NCBI RefSeq assembly: GCF_009914755.1
Contig: NC_060940.1
DNA length: 64,000 nt
Direction: 5' to 3' (one strand)
Source of the DNA: the human T2T-CHM13v2.0 reference genome, Homo sapiens
In this document: one piece after another, positions 57,431 through 64,000 of the stretch
Layout of the letters: each line of letters begins with the position of its first letter
Position numbering within the stretch: position 1 is the first letter of the stretch
The notes under the pieces: generated by a model
Database searches by the model: none
The model's input: the letters and a program-made list of their open reading frames with translations, nothing else
Told to the model about the DNA's origin: nothing
Translations under genes and position numbers: made by a program

Positions 57431-60400
57431 GTGAGTGTCCGGGGCCAGGTTCCGGGGCAGGGAATCAGGCACATCCCAGGCACCCGTGGCAAGCCCAGCT
57501 GGACCGGAGGGTCTGCAGAGCCCTGGCGCCAGGCGGGGGTCCCGGGTGGTCCTGAGTGGAGGCCCTCGCCTGGGTTCTCTGGAGCCCGGCAGGATTCTCC
57601 CCTACACCAGGTTCCTCCCAGATCCTCAGCTGTGTCCCTGTCCAGGTGCCTGGTACCCTCAGCCAAGCAGCTGAAGCGGCCACAGTCCCAGCGTACCCTG
57701 GGCCATGTGACCGCCGCTCCTAGCAGGAAAGAGGGGTGTGGCCAGCCCGGGCTTACTGCCCAGCTGTTCCAAGGCCACTGGGTCGGCAGCCAGGCTGGGT
57801 GCCTTCTGGGTTTCTGCTTCTCCTGCTCAGGAGGGACAGAGCCCTTGGGTGCCCATGAACAGCCCCCATCCCTGGAGGTCCCAGCGACTTAGCTTCTCTC
57901 AGGAGGCTCAAGAGTGCGGCGGGTTGGGAGGGCGGCCCCTGGGAGGCTGGGGAGCTGCAGGAGACCCTGGGCTCCAGGTGTGCGGCACTGGGGCGAGGGC
58001 TCGTCTGTGATAAATGGCAAGTGCCGCTTGCGTGGACAGACCACCCCCTCACACTTTAGCGCCCCCAGGGCTTCGTGTCACTTTCTTGGTCTCCCTGTAA
58101 TCAGCTGTTTTACTGGAGGGGACTTGGCAGAACTAAGATTTGTCACATGGCCGTGGTCTTGGACCCTCCTAGGTGACCTGGGGCAAGACGCCCACTCCTC
58201 CTGACCAGCTTTTCTTCCTCTGCACAATGGGGATAAGAACACCCACCTCCTGGGGTGTCTTCAAAGGCAAAGGAGTAAATGGCCACTAGAGGTGCCAAAG
58301 AAACGCAGACATACAGGTGTCCCAGAGTCTCAGAGCAGTTTGCAGCTTTAACAACCTCAGAAGTACAAATGCCGCACACTTGAAAGAAACGTCAGTCGAA
58401 GGTGCAACTGTTTTCATTTCTTTTATCCTGTTTGCCTTTGTGAAATTTGAAACATCAATTTTTAATGTTAACTTCTTTCCATCAACATCTGCCATCTTCA
58501 ATTAAAGGGACTTAAAAAGATAACATTAAAAATTGAATCTTCCAACTCCGTAAAACTAAAAAGCACAAAAGGAATTGAAATGAAACTTTTGAACTCTCTT
58601 TTGTAAGTTGGCAGCATATTTGTCCGAGGTTATGAGTGACAGCGTCAAGCTGCTTCGGACTTTGGGGCGTCCTGTGTCACTCTGAACGGGAAGTGACTTC
58701 TCAGGTCCAGCCCCTGGGTGGTGACCTCATGTATGTGGCATCCAGAAGCTTCTGTTCAAGAGCCTGAGGACAGTCCCAGGAGGGAGCCCTGGACTTGGAG
58801 CCCCAAAGCCCTGGTGGTAAACCAGTGTCCTCTGCTGCCTGCAAAGGGTGGGAAGGGGCAGCCAGTTCTGATTCCTCATTGGCCAGCAGGGGCTCCTGCA
58901 AATGCCCTTCTTGGGGTGGTGGGAAAATCTGAAAGAACAAAGGAGGGGCAGGGCATGGCCCAGGGTGGGCGCACTGGGGCAGATGGAGCAGGTTGGCTCA
59001 CTTGTTTGGTGAAGGGGCTGGGGTGCCTGGGGGTGTCAGCCCACGGGGATCAAATATCAGTTCCATCGCCCACCGGCTCTGTAGCCTCAGGGCACGGCTT
59101 CACCTCTCCTAGCCTTAGTCTCCTCATCTGCAAAGTGGGTTGCTAGGAGGATCAAAGGAGGTGATGCGGGGAAGCCCTTTACCAGGAGGTCCCATGCTCC
59201 CCAGTGGCTGCTGTTCCCGGGGACCATGATGAGGACTGAGGGGCCCAGAGCCATTCGAGGGTATCAGGAGCAAGCCAGAGAAAGCACTCTGAGACCCATA
59301 GTCCTGTTCTCCAAGGCCTCTGGGTATACTCAGCACCCAGAGTCAATGAGAAATGATCCCTTCCCAGCCAGAACACCAGGTCCTCAGCTGTCCCTCTGCC
59401 TCCCCGCCTGCCACTAGCGCTGCGACAGAGAAGTGGGGGACCCTGGAACGGACACTGCACGTTCCACCCGGCAGAGGGGTCTCAGCAGGACCTCTCACAG
59501 CACTTGGGGCACAGAGAAGGCTCTGGAGCAGGGCGGCCTGGGCTCTGATCCAGCCCAGCCTGCAAGAGCTGGTTCAACCACCTTGCAAACTATAAAGGGC
59601 GGTGAGAAACGCTCTGGCCCTCAGAGTACTTACAACAACCCGATTAAATAAGGATTCAATTTGTTAACGTGTATTAAGTGTTGAGATCATGCCTGGCACC
59701 CAGCCCACTCCACAGAAGTATGGAAATGTCAGCCACATGCTGTCTTTGTTGTTCTTGTAACTACTACTACTATTATAATTGGTGGCAGCGTCCCCCTGAA
59801 ATCTCCCCGTCAAGGCAGGCAGCCTGGGGTCTTGTAGGGAGCTGAGCATGAAGAGGCCATGTGGTCCCTGGTGACTGCAGCATGTCACCTTCCTTCTCTC
59901 TGGAAAGGGAGGAGGAGGTCTTCGGTGCTGGGCACACGAGCTTGCCTAGACAGGACACGGAGGCTGTCCCTGGCCCCCACGCCAGTGGAGGCAAGAAAGG
60001 CTATGCTCAAGGGAGCAGAGAGCACCGACACAGGGGTCCCTGACAGACCCCTTCCCCGCTAGGCACATCCTCACCCTCGGAGCCTCCTTCTCCTCACCTG
60101 CAAGACAGAGGTGACAGGGCTCACCTCTCAAGGCTGCTGAGCGGGCTGGACGCTACTGCTTAGATGCAACCTCCTTGCAAACTGTAGAGTGCTCTGAGAA
60201 GGTCAGTTGTTGTCACTGTGGGGGCGACACATAGGTCCTCTCAGTGGCCCATCTGTGTGGCAGTTTCTCATCCCTCTCCTCGGGACCTGCCTGGAGGTGG
60301 ACGAAGGTGTTTCTGTCACCCTGCACACATCAGAGGCCACACACTGGTCTCAGCTGTGTTTGGTTGGCCTTTTAAGCATCTTCCAAAACTGTGCGTTCAT

Positions 60401-61699
60401 TCATTGCCCACTTCTTCAACTCAGATCATTCACATAGAAATCCAGATTCCCACTTTCTCTGGAAGAATTCTGGAGGCAGGTGGCCCTGGGCCCCCACCCC
60501 TGGCCACTCCGGGTGGTCCAAGCCCTGTGCCCGCCCACTTGAGTGTGACACCTGGATGGGCCCTGGATCTCGAGGGACAGGCCGAGTGGTGTGGGTGGTG
60601 GCACTGGCAGGGTCTTGGCACCAGTGAGCCCTGGGTTTCAAAGCCAGCTGTGTGACACTGAGAAGTTTGTGCGACCTCTCTGAGCCCCGTTTACACATCT
60701 GTGAAATGGGACATTAATATGGCCAGGGCTGCACAGGGTCAGCGTGAGGCGGATATGAGAAAAAGCATGTCAAATACCCGGTACACAGTAAGTGCCAAAT
60801 GCTCATCATCCCTGTGCCCACAAGGGTGTTGCCTTGTGGTCCTCAGGATGGCAGCATGTGGCCCTCGGGTGAGGCTGGTGTCCGCTGCTAGCTGGTGTGG
60901 GGAAGAAGGTAGGTCTGATGGTCCTCTGGGAACCGGCAGCTCTAGGACCAGCACTTGGGTCCCTTTGAGCGATTTGGGCCTGCGGCCAGCAGAGGGCGCG
61001 GCTGCCGCAGAGATGGCAGGTTCACCAGCACGTCCCCAAACCTGGCCACTGCTTCCATTTCCCCAAGTCCATCCCAGCTCCTGGGGCAGGCCACAGCGCT
61101 GGCCCATTCCCTGTGGCAGATTCACTCCAGGCAGGTGCTTCCCGTCTGTGATCCTACTGTGTCCCTCAACCACCCTAGGAGGTAGGGACTCATTGCTTCC
61201 ATTTTACAGATGAGGAAACTGAGACCCAGAGAGGCCCGGGAATGGGATAGGAAGCAACGTGCCAGGGCTGGATGACGAGTCCACCAGGCCACACTGGGAC
61301 TCGAGGACTGTGGCCCACAGAAGGGTCTGGCAGGGCTGGTTCCTGGGTTGGGCAGGAATGGCCTCTCGGGAAGACAGATAATGAGTTTCGGGGACTGTTA
61401 CTGCCCCAGTGAGATGGGAGAGTAGAGTGAGGCTCGGAGGGACAGTGGCTGCCTGGGGCAACCAGGCCCGAGGAGGGGAGGGCACATTCTGCATGACTGG
61501 GGAGGGGTGGGGCAAACAGCCTGTTTGGAGCAGAGGCTGTGTGAGAGCAAGAAGGGAGTCCCGTCAGATATGTCTCATGGGGACCCCGGACCAGATCCTG
61601 AGGGCCACAGGAGGCCACCCTAGCTGGGAGGTGAAGTGGCTGTGTGGACACCCAGGCCTCACCCGAATGGACTCTTCCTTCCCCTCTCCCCCACTCCAG

Positions 61700-62272
<573 letters not shown>

Positions 62273-63315
62273 TGAGCGTTTACTATGTGGCCAGTGCTAG
62301 GCTTAGCAGTTTATAAGCTATCATTCCCTTTCACACTTCCGAGAACCCAGGGGTCTAGAACACACCCATCAGCTGGAGGCGACCCGGCGTGGCGCAGGGA
62401 GGCCTGGTCCTGAGCCCACACTGATCCCATGACTACCCTGTGCCCAGCACTGTGCTAGGTGCCCACATGAGAGGACACACAGTAGCGGCTTATGATTCCT
62501 GTCCTCTGTCTGCACAAATGGGGACAGATGACCCCCCAGTATGCAGGCGTCCAATTAAGCCACGTGAGATGGTCATTTCTGTAAGGCAAAAGCAGATGGG
62601 TGCCTGTGATTTCATATGGTTCTTCCTGGTATCCTGCATATGAGTAATATTCCGAGTCAGACGAGATAAGAAGAGGGGAAAGGACAGATAAAAAGAGAAG
62701 CGCTATCACAGGGCTGTGCCTGGTGAATCGCCCAGGAAGCGCCACAGATGGCAGCGCAGTTCTTCAGACGTGCAAGCAGCAGACCCAACAGGCGGCTCAG
62801 CACCCCTGAGCGCCCACAAGCACCCACCACTCAAGTTCGCCCCCAGGCCACGTAGCAATCTGTGCTACATTCACTCATCCATCTGACCTAGTTCTTAGCA
62901 ATCTCAGAATCTCAGTCGCGTCGTCAGATGTTCCCTCTGTCTGGGTTTTAATCCCGGCTCGTCTATCTTCCGGCCGTGTGACCACAGGCAAGTAACTTAA
63001 CCTCTCTGTGCCCATTTCCTCAAGTATAAAAGGAGGAAAAGAGTGGCACTTACCTCGCTAAAGCTGTTGTGAGGCTGTTGTGAAAGCTCTCAGTACAATT
63101 CCTGGCACAGAGTAAGCTCTGAGCAGTTGTTCATTCCTTCTTTTTAAAAGTATTATTAGGCACAGTGTCTGGCACAGGCTAAGGGCTTAATAAATATTTA
63201 TTTTTATGAATGAAGGATAAATGAATGAATGCGCCACATCTAGATCAAAGCCCTCCACAGTAGTGTCCCCCACCTGAAAAGGCCACCCCCTTTAACCTCC
63301 ACCCTCTCTCCCCAG

Positions 63316-63452
63316 GTAACGGCCCCTCTGGTATCTGCCTGTCCTACCTGCTCTCCGGCTACACACCCTACACGAAGCCAGATGCCATCCACCCACACCC
63401 CCTGCTGCAGAGGAAGCTCACCGAGGCCCCGGGGGTCTCCATCCTGGACCAG
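63316..63452 (+). CDS. OSGIN1: OSGIN1 next coding exon (137 nt; GNGPSGICLSYLLSGYTPYTKPDAIHPHPLLQRKLTEAPGVSILDQ); gene continues beyond the window
   Basis: Acceptor ctctctccccag|; donor CAG|gtgggt, phase 0. The junction builds VIIVGNGPSG, a Rossmann-fold GxGxxG dinucleotide-binding motif. Confidence 0.95.
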
Positions 63453-63661
63453 GTGGGTCAGCCTGGGGCCAGAGCTCTGGGTAGTACATACCCGCCCTTG
63501 GAAAACTACCGCCGCTTTCCCAGGGAAAAACAGAAGTGTGTGTTTGCTGGAAACAAGACTAAACAAAGAATTCGAGAGTCCACAAAGTCAGCCACGGAGA
63601 TCGTGAAAGAGAAATCAGAGACCCACAAATGCCACACGATCTAGGGCTCACTATGCCCTAG

Positions 63662-63820
63662 GCCGGTTGTTCTCAAGGAGGGGATGATTTTTCTCCTCGG
63701 GGGGCACCTGGCAATGTCTGGAGACAATTTGGGTTGTCATGGCAGGGTGACGGTACTACCAAATCTAGCAGGGTGGAGGCCAGGGATGCTGGCAAACATC
63801 CAGCACTGCACAGGACAACG
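63662..63820. mobile_element. MER20-like hAT relic
   Basis: ggcaatgtctggagacaatttgggttgtca...gtggaggccagggatgctggcaaacatcc...tgcacaggaca, recalled MER20 text. Confidence 0.8.
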
Positions 63821-64000
63821 AGGGTGGTGAGACTGAAATATGTGTGGTGGAGCTTCTCAACCTTGGCCCCACTGACATTTGGATGACTTTGTTCTGGCTA
63901 CAAAGAATGATCTGGCTCAAATGTCAGTGCGGCCAAGGTTGAGAAACTCCACCACAGATATTTCAGTCCCACTACCTCCTGCCCACAAGGGTTTGCAAAT

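Noticed and set aside
58280-58299. CTCF-like TGGCCACTAGAGGTGCCAAA (and GCCACAGATGGCAGC near 62741)
   Set aside because: Mismatches at core positions; cannot be called without a PWM scan or ChIP data.
59938-59957. Possible p53 response element (GAGCTTGCCT AGACAGGACA), since OSGIN1 is p53-linked
   Set aside because: Only one good half-site; the second has several mismatches.

Overview
Human (primate) genomic DNA, recognisable as the MLYCD-OSGIN1 locus (chr16q, from recall of the proteins). The + strand carries the complete 5-exon malonyl-CoA decarboxylase gene MLYCD: CDS 2818-3345, 10663-10775, 11802-11958, 15894-16043, 18633-19166, 1482 nt = 493 aa, all introns GT-AG, ending in the peroxisomal signal SKL, behind a CpG-island promoter. 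It also carries the 5' part of OSGIN1 (OKL38): long-isoform exons 53125-53181 and 54623-54782, an alternative first exon ending at 57430, and shared exons 61700-61798 and 63316-63452; the gene runs off the right edge. The rest is intronic or intergenic, with about 25 Alu elements, older L1/MaLR/MER/MIR relics and five large tandem or low-complexity arrays. These arrays explain nearly all the long ORFs in the supplied track. No CRISPR array, tRNA/rRNA or new protein-coding gene is supported. The most unusual structures are (i) two mutually complementary GTGCAC-based minisatellites just downstream of a weak MLYCD poly(A) signal, (ii) an MRE/E-box-dense VNTR abutting an alternative OSGIN1 exon, (iii) a near-perfect 48-bp MER53-type hairpin, and (iv) layered translational options at both genes. 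All functional readings are hypotheses; repeat family names come from pattern recall, not a database search.
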